From NCBI GenBank assembly GCA_045576155.1, contig JAZNFV010000016.1, forward strand, positions 20,654-84,653: 64,000 nt of DNA. The letters are read 5' to 3'. The position numbers and the translations under genes were made by a program. Shown here piece after piece: positions 20,413 to 28,225 of the stretch. Under the pieces are notes generated by a model. The model was not told the origin of the DNA. It saw only the letters and a list, made by a program, of their open reading frames with translations, and did no database searches. Within the stretch, counting starts at the first letter, position 1, and every line of letters starts with the position of its first letter. The stretch is from Tidjanibacter sp. (GTDB lineage Bacteria > Bacteroidota > Bacteroidia > Bacteroidales > Rikenellaceae).

Positions 20413-21552
20413 CTACAACAAACGACGTGCGCCGTCGGAAATAACCACAGGAATAACTTTGGGAGCGTGTCCGTAGCGCTGCTCGAAGCGCTCGGTGGCC
20501 ACACTGATGAAGTTGTCGTAGAGCGACTCACGAATCAGCGAAATGGTGCAACCGCCAAATCCGCCACCCATTATGCGCGAGCCACTGGCGCCACACTCCT
20601 GGGCCACCTCAACAAGCAAATCGAGCTCGGGGCAACTTACCTCGTAGTCGCGAGAGAGCCCCCAGTGGGTCTGGTACATCATCTGACCCACCCTTTCGAG
20701 GTCGCCCTCTTCGAGCGCTCGGCACACTTCCAGCACCCTCGCCTCCTCGCCAACAACATAGCGAGCCCTGCGGTAGTCGTCTAAGGAGAGTTGTGGGCGG
20801 AACTCTTCGAGATGTTCCATAGTCACACCACGCAGAAACTTACGCCCCATAAGCGCAGCCACCCTCTCGCACGAGGCACGACGCTCGTTGTAGGGCGAAC
20901 CTACAAGCTCGTGCTTCACACACGAATTTAGCAGCACAAGGCGGTAGCCATACTTAGCCGCATCGAAGGGGAAGTACTCATACTCCATCGTCTGGCAGTC
21001 GAGCCTTACCAAGTGACCCTCTTTGCCGAAAATAGAGGCAAACTGGTCCATAATGCCACACATAACACCACAGTAGTTGTGTTCGGTGGCCTGACCTATG
21101 CGGGCCATCTCAAAGGGCTCTATACCAAGTTGCCAGAGGTCGTTGAGTGCATAGACAAAGGTGCTCTCCAAAGCTGCCGACGAACTCATACCCGCACCCA
21201 AAGGTACATCGCCACAGAAAACCGTGTCGAAGCCGCCAATGGTGTAGCCTCGCTTTTGAATCTCGCGACAAACGCCAAACAGATAGCAAGCCCACTGCTG
21301 GGAGGGTTTATCCTCTTCCCTGAGGCCAAACTCGCATCCCTCGCCCAAGTCGTTGGCCCAAGCCCTAACTCGCTCAGTACCATTTGGGCGTATGGCTGCA
21401 ACCATAGCCCTATCGACTGCGCCGGGGAAGACAAAACCGCCATTGTAGTCGGTGTGTTCTCCAATCAGATTGATACGTCCGGGAGAGGTATAGAGTATGC
21501 CCTCTGCATTGTAGAGTTGTCTAAATCGCTCCAATAAAGCATTGTTATCCAT
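20413..21552 (-). CDS. galK: Galactokinase
   Basis: PGRINLIGEHTDYN, GAGMSSSAALE, CGIMDQF, GSRIMGGGFGGC. Confidence 0.97.
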   Translation of the reverse strand: MDNNALLERFRQLYNAEGILYTSPGRINLIGEHTDYNGGFVFPGAVDRAMVAAIRPNGTERVRAWANDLGEGCEFGLREEDKPSQQWACYLFGVCREIQKRGYTIGGFDTVFCGDVPLGAGMSSSAALESTFVYALNDLWQLGIEPFEMARIGQATEHNYCGVMCGIMDQFASIFGKEGHLVRLDCQTMEYEYFPFDAAKYGYRLVLLNSCVKHELVGSPYNERRASCERVAALMGRKFLRGVTMEHLEEFRPQLSLDDYRRARYVVGEEARVLEVCRALEEGDLERVGQMMYQTHWGLSRDYEVSCPELDLLVEVAQECGASGSRIMGGGFGGCTISLIRESLYDNFISVATERFEQRYGHAPKVIPVVISDGARRLL

Positions 21553-21650
21553 AGTGATGGTATTATTGGGTTGGGTAAACATAATCGTTCACTACCACAA
21601 AAATAGGTAAAAAATTGGATAATTGTATGCAATTTGGCCCTAATTTGTGT

Positions 21651-21658
21651 TATCTTTG
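21651..21658 (+). promoter_or_regulatory. -7 promoter element (TATCTTTG) for GNAT/GH31
   Basis: tatctttg 25 nt upstream of ATG 21684. Confidence 0.6.
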
Positions 21659-21683
21659 TAACTTACTAATATGTTTTTGCACA

Positions 21684-22130
21684 ATGAACCACACTTTCGA
21701 CATCGCAATCCTTACGAGCGCCTCCGAGCAAGCAGCCTCCCAGCTGAACGAATTGCTCCTTAGCCTCGATGCCACACCTCGCCCACCCCTATCAGCCGAG
21801 CGCCTTGCTGAGGTAGTGGCCAACCCCAATGCCACACTCTTTGTGGCCCAGTCGGAGGGCGTGATTGTTGGCTCGCTCACACTTCTCTACTACCAAACCC
21901 CACTGAACGACAAATGCTGGATTGAGGATGTGGTCACATCGCCCACGCAGCGAGGCAGGGGCATAGGTCGCGCCTTGGTGGAGGCGGCCATAGCCTACGC
22001 CCACAACCACCATCCCTCAGCCACCCTTTGGCTCACCTCCAACCCCTCGCGCACCGCTGCACGCAATCTCTACCATTCGGTGGGATTCGAGGAGTACAAC
22101 ACAGGCGTTTTCCGACTGACAATCAAATAA
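21684..22130 (+). CDS. GNAT family N-acetyltransferase
   Basis: IEDVVT...QRGRGIGRAL acetyl-CoA motif; ARNLYHSVGF. Confidence 0.9.
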   Translation: MNHTFDIAILTSASEQAASQLNELLLSLDATPRPPLSAERLAEVVANPNATLFVAQSEGVIVGSLTLLYYQTPLNDKCWIEDVVTSPTQRGRGIGRALVEAAIAYAHNHHPSATLWLTSNPSRTAARNLYHSVGFEEYNTGVFRLTIK

Positions 22131-22152
22131 TTACACCCAATACATCATCCCT

Positions 22153-23748
22153 ATGAAAAAGACTCTACTGGCTCTCTTTGTGGCCCTCACGGCGCTATGC
22201 TCGGCCAAGGCACAGCAGACCCTCAGCATCGACTTCAACTCCTCAGATGAGTATTGGTGGGGACTGGCCACCGACTTTGGTCGCATAATGCCATTCACCG
22301 ACCAGCACGACATCTCTATCGACCATACCCGACAAAACCTCAACAACCAAACTACGCCCCTGCTCCTTTCAAACAAAGGACGCTACATTTGGAGCTCAGG
22401 CCCAATGGTTTGCACCATAAAGGAGGGTGTAATCCACATCGAAACCCGAGGCGAGATAACCGAGGCAGTAGCCTCCGACCGCTCGCTCCGAGGGGCTTAC
22501 CTTGCTGCCTGCAAGCGCTTCTTCCCCCCATCGGGCGTTGTGCCCCCCGAGGAGTTCTTCACTCAGCCCCAATACAACACTTGGATTGAGCTGACCTACA
22601 ACCAAAATCAAGCCGACGTGATGGCCTATGCCGAGGGTATAGTCAAAGGTGGCTACCCCACTGGCGTGCTTATGATTGACGACAACTGGCAGAAATACTA
22701 CGGCAACTTCGAGTTCCGACCCGACCGCTTCCCCAACCCCAAAGAGATGATAGATAGGCTTCATCAGATGGGTTTCAAGGTGATGTTGTGGGTCTGCCCC
22801 TTCGTTTCGCCCGACAGCAGCGAGTATCGTGAGCTGGCCGCCAAAGGCTACCTCATCAAGCGAGCCGACGGCAGTGGCCCTGCTATTGTGGAGTGGTGGA
22901 ACGGCCACAGCGCCGCCTACGATATGAGCAACCCCGAGGCGGTGGCCCACCTCCGCAAGCAGCTTGTCGATATGCAAGAGAAGTATGGTGTAGATGGATT
23001 TAAGTTCGATGCTGGCGACCCCGAGCGCTACCGTCAAGGCGACGTTCTGCCCTACGACGGCCACTCCTACGACTGCGAGCAGACCGAGCTGTGGGCCAAG
23101 TTTGGACTCGAATTTCCCTACAACGAGTTTCGTGCCTGCTGGAAAATGGGTGGCGAGGCTCTCGTACAACGTCTGGGCGACAAAGACTACTCGTGGACCG
23201 ATGTGGCCAAGCTCGTTCCTTCGATGGTGGCCGCAGGACTTATGGGCCACCTCTACACCTGCCCCGATATGATTGGAGGCGGTCAGTGGGCCTCGTTCAT
23301 TGGCGTGGGTGCGGAGAATATCGACCAGAGGCTTGTGGTGCGTTCCTGTCAGATACACTCTATGATGCCTATGATGCAATTCTCGGTAGCTCCTTGGCGC
23401 ATCCTCAGCCCCGAGAACAACGCCATCTGCCAACACTACGCCAAGTGGCACGCCGAGCTGGGCGACTACATCTACTCTTTGGCACAAGAGGCCTCCAAGA
23501 CGGGCGAGCCGATTGTGCGCCATATGGCCTACGAGTTTCCCGACGAGGGTTTTGAGGAGTGTGTGGACCAATATATGTTGGGCGAGCGCTACCTTGTAGC
23601 GCCTGTTATGGGGCCCGAGGATGAGCGCACAGTGCGCCTTCCCCGAGGCACTTGGCGCGACGACAGGGGCGAGCTCTACGAAGGTGGCCGCGAGTGGACA
23701 ATTGACACACCCCTCTCGCGCCTTCCGTGGTTTACGAGGGTCGATTAG
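22153..23748 (+). CDS. Glycoside hydrolase family 31 (MYORG/NET37-like), with signal peptide
   Basis: PQYNTWIE, MIDDNWQ, DGFKFDAGD (nucleophile), CPDMIGGG (acid/base), PIVRHM. Confidence 0.9.
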   Translation: MKKTLLALFVALTALCSAKAQQTLSIDFNSSDEYWWGLATDFGRIMPFTDQHDISIDHTRQNLNNQTTPLLLSNKGRYIWSSGPMVCTIKEGVIHIETRGEITEAVASDRSLRGAYLAACKRFFPPSGVVPPEEFFTQPQYNTWIELTYNQNQADVMAYAEGIVKGGYPTGVLMIDDNWQKYYGNFEFRPDRFPNPKEMIDRLHQMGFKVMLWVCPFVSPDSSEYRELAAKGYLIKRADGSGPAIVEWWNGHSAAYDMSNPEAVAHLRKQLVDMQEKYGVDGFKFDAGDPERYRQGDVLPYDGHSYDCEQTELWAKFGLEFPYNEFRACWKMGGEALVQRLGDKDYSWTDVAKLVPSMVAAGLMGHLYTCPDMIGGGQWASFIGVGAENIDQRLVVRSCQIHSMMPMMQFSVAPWRILSPENNAICQHYAKWHAELGDYIYSLAQEASKTGEPIVRHMAYEFPDEGFEECVDQYMLGERYLVAPVMGPEDERTVRLPRGTWRDDRGELYEGGREWTIDTPLSRLPWFTRVD

Positions 23749-23786
23749 CCCTACCACCAGCCACCGCTTTCGGCCGGTGTGCTAAG

Positions 23787-23830
23787 AAAAAAAAGAGATT
23801 AGGAGGGATTTCCTCCTAATCTCTTTTTTT
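23787..23830. terminator. Bidirectional intrinsic terminator
   Basis: A8-gagattaggagg-gattt-cctcctaatctc-T7 between convergent genes. Confidence 0.9.
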
Positions 23831-23902
23831 CGCTATAATTACCAAACGCACAGCAACTTATCTCAAACCACAAGCGCCACTTTTGGCATCATTGCCAGAC
23901 CC

Positions 23903-24646
23903 CTACCTGTTGCGGAAGATTTCGCAGACTATGGCGGTGGCTATGGCCACATTTAGCGACTCGCTCCCTCGGCGGTTGCGGGGATAGGGAGGGATGTAGA
24001 GGTGGTGGGAGGTGAGGTTCTGCACCCGAGGGCTTACTCCCTTGCCCTCGTTGCCCATAACAACAACACCGCCGGCCGAGAGTTTTGCACTATGTATATC
24101 GTCGCCATCGAGCGTTGTGGCATAGATAGGCACTCCCCCTTTGCGGGCTTCGGAGAGCCACTCGGCAAGCTCTGTATAGCAAACCTCCACCCTCAGCAGC
24201 GCACCCATAGTTGCCTGCACCACCTTCGGAGCAAAGCAGTCGGCTGTGGTGGGCGAGCAGACAATGTGGCTTATGCCATACCAATCGGCTGTGCGAATTA
24301 TAGTACCCAAGTTGCCGGGGTCTTGAATCTCGTCGAGGCAAAGCACCAACTCCTCGGCAGTAGGCTTAGGCACTCTCCTTTCGGGCAACCTTACCAGAGC
24401 CAACGAGCGGGGCGCACTTTTAAGGTGCGAGAGGCGCTCCATATCCTTCTCGGAGGCGAGTTCGGCACGTGGGTGGGTGGCGTGCTGGCTACCCTCCGAG
24501 GTGAACAATCGCTCGATAGACCAGCGCCCATCTTGGATAATCTCGCCCACGAGTTTGTCGCCCTCGGCCACGAAGAGTCCTCGCTCCAAGCGGGCCGACT
24601 TATCGGCCAAGGAGCGCACCAGTTGGAAATCTGCTTTTGTAATCAT
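23903..24646 (-). CDS. TrmH/SpoU family RNA methyltransferase
   Basis: LDEIQDPGNLGTIIR, VMGNEGKGVS, ESLNVAIA. Confidence 0.93.
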   Translation of the reverse strand: MITKADFQLVRSLADKSARLERGLFVAEGDKLVGEIIQDGRWSIERLFTSEGSQHATHPRAELASEKDMERLSHLKSAPRSLALVRLPERRVPKPTAEELVLCLDEIQDPGNLGTIIRTADWYGISHIVCSPTTADCFAPKVVQATMGALLRVEVCYTELAEWLSEARKGGVPIYATTLDGDDIHSAKLSAGGVVVMGNEGKGVSPRVQNLTSHHLYIPPYPRNRRGSESLNVAIATAIVCEIFRNR

Positions 24647-24718
24647 ATTGCTCTTTCTGAAAAAAAAATCTTCTCGTAGAGGTAGCTACAATTAGTTTGC
24701 AAACCAACCAACTGCCTC

Positions 24719-25441
24719 TTAACCGAAGATGAAGATTGTGGGTCGTTTGTGCATCTCGGGCAGGGGGTGGTTGCGCCACTGCTCCACCCTGAGGGTGCGG
24801 ATATACTGGGTGGGCGAGGTTATATCCACCGCCACCGTCAGGCGCGTCTGGGGCGAAAGTGTCAGCAGCAAGTCGGCAAAGAGCTTTTCGTTGCGATAGG
24901 GTGTCTCTATAAAAATTTGGCTCTGTTTTTCGCTCAAAGCTCTGCGCTCGAATTGTTTGATAGCCCTACTACGCTCGGCAGGCTTGATGGGCAGGTAGCC
25001 GTTGAAAGCAAAGCTCTGGCCATTTTGTCCGCTGGCCATAAGTGCCATCATCAGCGACGAAGGGCCAACCAATGGCACTACCTCTATGCCCCTACTCTGG
25101 GCCGCAGCAACCACATCGGCACCCGGGTCGGCCACACCGGGCAGGCCCGCCTCGCTAATAATACCGCCACTTGCACCCTTCAACAAAGGTGCAAGCAGAG
25201 GCTCAACCTCCATAGCCGATGTATGTTCGCTACACTCCACAAATGTCAGCTCCTCGATGGGCCTACCTATCTTGGCGGCCGAGAGGAAGCGACGTGCCGA
25301 GCGCACATTCTCCACAATGAAGTAGTCGAGCGAGGCCATAATAGCCCTATTATGTTCGGGGAGCACATCGTAGGGGTTGCCCTCGGCTATGGGGCAAGGT
25401 ATCATATAGAGCTTGCCGTAGTTATTGGGGGTGGATGCCAT
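24719..25441 (-). CDS. RsmI-like tetrapyrrole-methylase-fold SAM methyltransferase
   Basis: ISEAGLPGVADPG, VPLVGPSS, FIETPYRN. Confidence 0.9.
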   Translation of the reverse strand: MASTPNNYGKLYMIPCPIAEGNPYDVLPEHNRAIMASLDYFIVENVRSARRFLSAAKIGRPIEELTFVECSEHTSAMEVEPLLAPLLKGASGGIISEAGLPGVADPGADVVAAAQSRGIEVVPLVGPSSLMMALMASGQNGQSFAFNGYLPIKPAERSRAIKQFERRALSEKQSQIFIETPYRNEKLFADLLLTLSPQTRLTVAVDITSPTQYIRTLRVEQWRNHPLPEMHKRPTIFIFG

Positions 25442-25473
25442 AGTTCGATTCTTTAACGGGAGTTTCAATCAAA

Positions 25474-27786
25474 TTACTCCCTTACATATATACGTTTTAC
25501 GCGCGTGGATATGGAGGTCATAATCTCGTAGGGGATTGTACCCAGCAGCGAGGCCATCTCTTCGACACTCCTGCCTTCGCCACCGAAAATCACAACCTCG
25601 TCGCCCTCCTCGCAGGCAATATCGGTCACATCAACCATACAGCTATCCATACACACTCTGCCGAGTATGGGGGCATCGTAGCCACCCACCTTTACGGCCC
25701 AAGCACCCTCGCCAAGTCGGCGGTCGAGTCCGTCGGCATAGCCAATGGGGATGGTGGCCACCTTTGTAGGGCGCGAGATGACACCTCGGCGGCCATAGCC
25801 TACCGTTTCGCCCACGCCAAGCTCTTTGATTTGCACAATGCGTGTGGATAGTTTCGCAATGGGTCTTACACCCTCGCCAACACCATAGAGTCCAATACCA
25901 AGTCGGCACATTTCATAGGTCGAAGAGGCAAAATACTCCATACCGGCCGTATTGTTTATATGGCGCAAGGGCTTATAGGGCAGCGAGGCCATAATAGCCT
26001 CCGACACCTCGGCAAAGCACCTCTGTTGTTGCTCCACAAAGGCTCTCTCCTCGGGCATATCGGCAGTGGCAAAGTGGGAGAAAATGCTCCTCACGGTAAG
26101 CACCCCTTTGAGTGTCGCCAAGCGCTCGCAGAGCCACTCCACATCGCCCATCGTAAATCCCAAGCGGTGCATACCGCTATCTACTTTCAGATGAATGGGA
26201 TAGTCGCTCTCGCCTGCGCTCTCCACCGCTGCCGCAAAAGCCTCCAACGAAGAGCGGTTGTAAATCTCGGGTTCGAGGCGATAGGAGGTCATCAGCGCAA
26301 AGCTATCGGCATCGGCATTGAGCACCACAATAGGCATAGTTATACCCTTCTGGCGGAGTGTCACACCCTCGTCGGCAAAGGCTACGGCCAAATAATCCAC
26401 ACCCTCGTGTTGGAGTGTGGCGGCAATCTCGTAGTCGCCGTGACCATAGCTCGAAGCCTTCACCATAGCCATCAGTCGTGTGCCCTGAGTGAGCCTCTGG
26501 CGGTAGTGGTTGAGGTTGGCAACCATAGTCGATAGGTTCACTTCCAACACCGTTGTATGGCACTTACGCGAGAGGGAGTGGACAATCCTATCGAAGCCCG
26601 ACATTGGGCCTCCCTTGACAAGTATGGCCGAGTTCTCAAACCTATCCTGAGTGAGCACTTTCAGAAATTCGTCGGTGGAGCTATAAAACTCGTCGGTGTC
26701 GGCAAAATAATGTTTGTGGGCCGCAATGAATCGTCCCACACCAATGGTCAAATCAACCCCTGCGGCCTCCACCGCGCGGGCAATGCGGGCATAGACCTCC
26801 TCGTCGGGCAGGGCACTGTAAAGCATATCGGAGAGAATAACCACCCTACGTCGGCCACCCGCCACCTCGCCCAGCGAGTCGAGCGCTATGGTCAGAGAGT
26901 TGATGTCCGAATTGTGCGTGTCGCTCAGCACCACCGAGCGACCCAACCCCTCCGAAAGAGCCAAGCGCAACCTCACAGGCTCCATATCGGCCAGACGCTC
27001 CTCCACCTCGGTGCGGTTGTAGCCCAGCAGGTCGTAGAGTTCGCCCACCATAGCTCGCATACTATCCACCCCACGCTTCGACTTAACGGCCGCCACCGCC
27101 TCGGTAATATAGTGATTGGAGGCGTTGTAGATGACGTGGCGCGTGCGGGCAAAGAGTATGGCCTTCTCGGCAGCCTTATGGCTACGGTCGATGAAGTTCT
27201 CGTCGTGCTGCTCTTCGAGTGCTGTAAAGATTCCCACATCGGGCCTGATGATTGCCTCCAAGCGAGCCATCTCGTCGGGGCGCGATATGCCTGCCTCAAT
27301 GACGGCTATATCCTCGTCGCCCTCCATCATCAAGAGCGAGAGGGCCACTCCAAGCTGTGAGTTGTAGCTGCGAGGCGAGCGAAAGACCTTCACACCCTCG
27401 GGAGCTGCCTCGGCTATCCACTCCTTCACAGCCGTCTTACCAATAGAGCCGGTGATGGCCACCATAACTCCGTCGAAGTGGCTGCGGTAGTTGGCTGCGA
27501 GCTTCTGCAACGCCCTAAGAGAGCGCCCAACAACCACAAATCCCGCCTCGGGATAGGCGCTCCAATCCATCTGTCGCTCAACCATAAACGCCCTAACGCC
27601 CCTACGATAGAGGTCGCCAATAAAGTTGTGGCCGTCGTGGTTGATGCCGGCAATAGCCACAAACAAGGGGGCACTATCGGTGGCAAAGCTGTGGCGTGAG
27701 TCGGTCATCACACTCCTCACAACCACATCCTCGCCATAGTGTTGGCCTCCAACAATGGTGGATACATCCGAAAGTCTATACTTCAT
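25474..27786 (-). CDS. alr: MurF-like domain fused to alanine racemase
   Basis: GSIGKT, SPRSYNSQLG, EAGIS (MurF part); AMVKASSYGHG PLP-lysine, HLKVDSGMHRLG, GRVCMD, YEIMTSI (Alr part). Confidence 0.93.
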   Translation of the reverse strand: MKYRLSDVSTIVGGQHYGEDVVVRSVMTDSRHSFATDSAPLFVAIAGINHDGHNFIGDLYRRGVRAFMVERQMDWSAYPEAGFVVVGRSLRALQKLAANYRSHFDGVMVAITGSIGKTAVKEWIAEAAPEGVKVFRSPRSYNSQLGVALSLLMMEGDEDIAVIEAGISRPDEMARLEAIIRPDVGIFTALEEQHDENFIDRSHKAAEKAILFARTRHVIYNASNHYITEAVAAVKSKRGVDSMRAMVGELYDLLGYNRTEVEERLADMEPVRLRLALSEGLGRSVVLSDTHNSDINSLTIALDSLGEVAGGRRRVVILSDMLYSALPDEEVYARIARAVEAAGVDLTIGVGRFIAAHKHYFADTDEFYSSTDEFLKVLTQDRFENSAILVKGGPMSGFDRIVHSLSRKCHTTVLEVNLSTMVANLNHYRQRLTQGTRLMAMVKASSYGHGDYEIAATLQHEGVDYLAVAFADEGVTLRQKGITMPIVVLNADADSFALMTSYRLEPEIYNRSSLEAFAAAVESAGESDYPIHLKVDSGMHRLGFTMGDVEWLCERLATLKGVLTVRSIFSHFATADMPEERAFVEQQQRCFAEVSEAIMASLPYKPLRHINNTAGMEYFASSTYEMCRLGIGLYGVGEGVRPIAKLSTRIVQIKELGVGETVGYGRRGVISRPTKVATIPIGYADGLDRRLGEGAWAVKVGGYDAPILGRVCMDSCMVDVTDIACEEGDEVVIFGGEGRSVEEMASLLGTIPYEIMTSISTRVKRIYVRE

Positions 27787-27800
27787 AACTTTATACTTTT

Positions 27801-28090
27801 AGTCTAACGTCTAACGTCAAACGTCTAACGACCTAAGGCAACAAACTCTCAACCCAAACTTGGGTATCTTTTTTAATACCCAAGTGTTTTTTTGGAGGGC
27901 GCTGAGAGGACTGAGAGGACTGAGAAGTCCCAGTGAACCCAGTGAACCCAGTGAACCGGTCTTAGGGGTCTCAGGGGTCTCAGGGGTTTCAGGGGTCTCA
28001 GGGGTCTTAGGGGTCTTAGGGGCTTTAAGGGCTTTAAGGCACTAAATTCCCTAAACTCTCTAAATTCCCTAAGCTCCCTAAACCACTTAG
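27801..28090. repeat. Modular hairpin-minisatellite element, copy 2 (modules largely inverted)
   Basis: (tctaacg)n, core acttgggtat-ctttttta-atacccaagt (27858-27885), (ctgagagga)n, (cccagtgaa)3, (ggggtctYa)n, (gggctttaa)2, ttccctaaa-type units. Confidence 0.85.
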
Positions 28091-28100
28091 CCTCCACCCC

Positions 28101-28225
28101 AAAAAGGCGGAGAGTAGGGCAAGAGCAAGGCTTGCGAAGTTGGCGGAGTCCGCAGTTTACATAAGAGTAAATGAGGACTACGCCAACGAGCGTAACACAG
28201 CTATTGCCCTGCTATACGTCTTTTT
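28101..28225. repeat. REP-like nested hairpin 3' of dcp
   Basis: Outer stem agtagggcaa/ttgccctgct; inner ttggcg-gagtcc-gcagtttac-ataaga-gtaaatgaggac-ta-cgccaa; core shared with copies at 53.6-54.3 kb. Confidence 0.7.
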
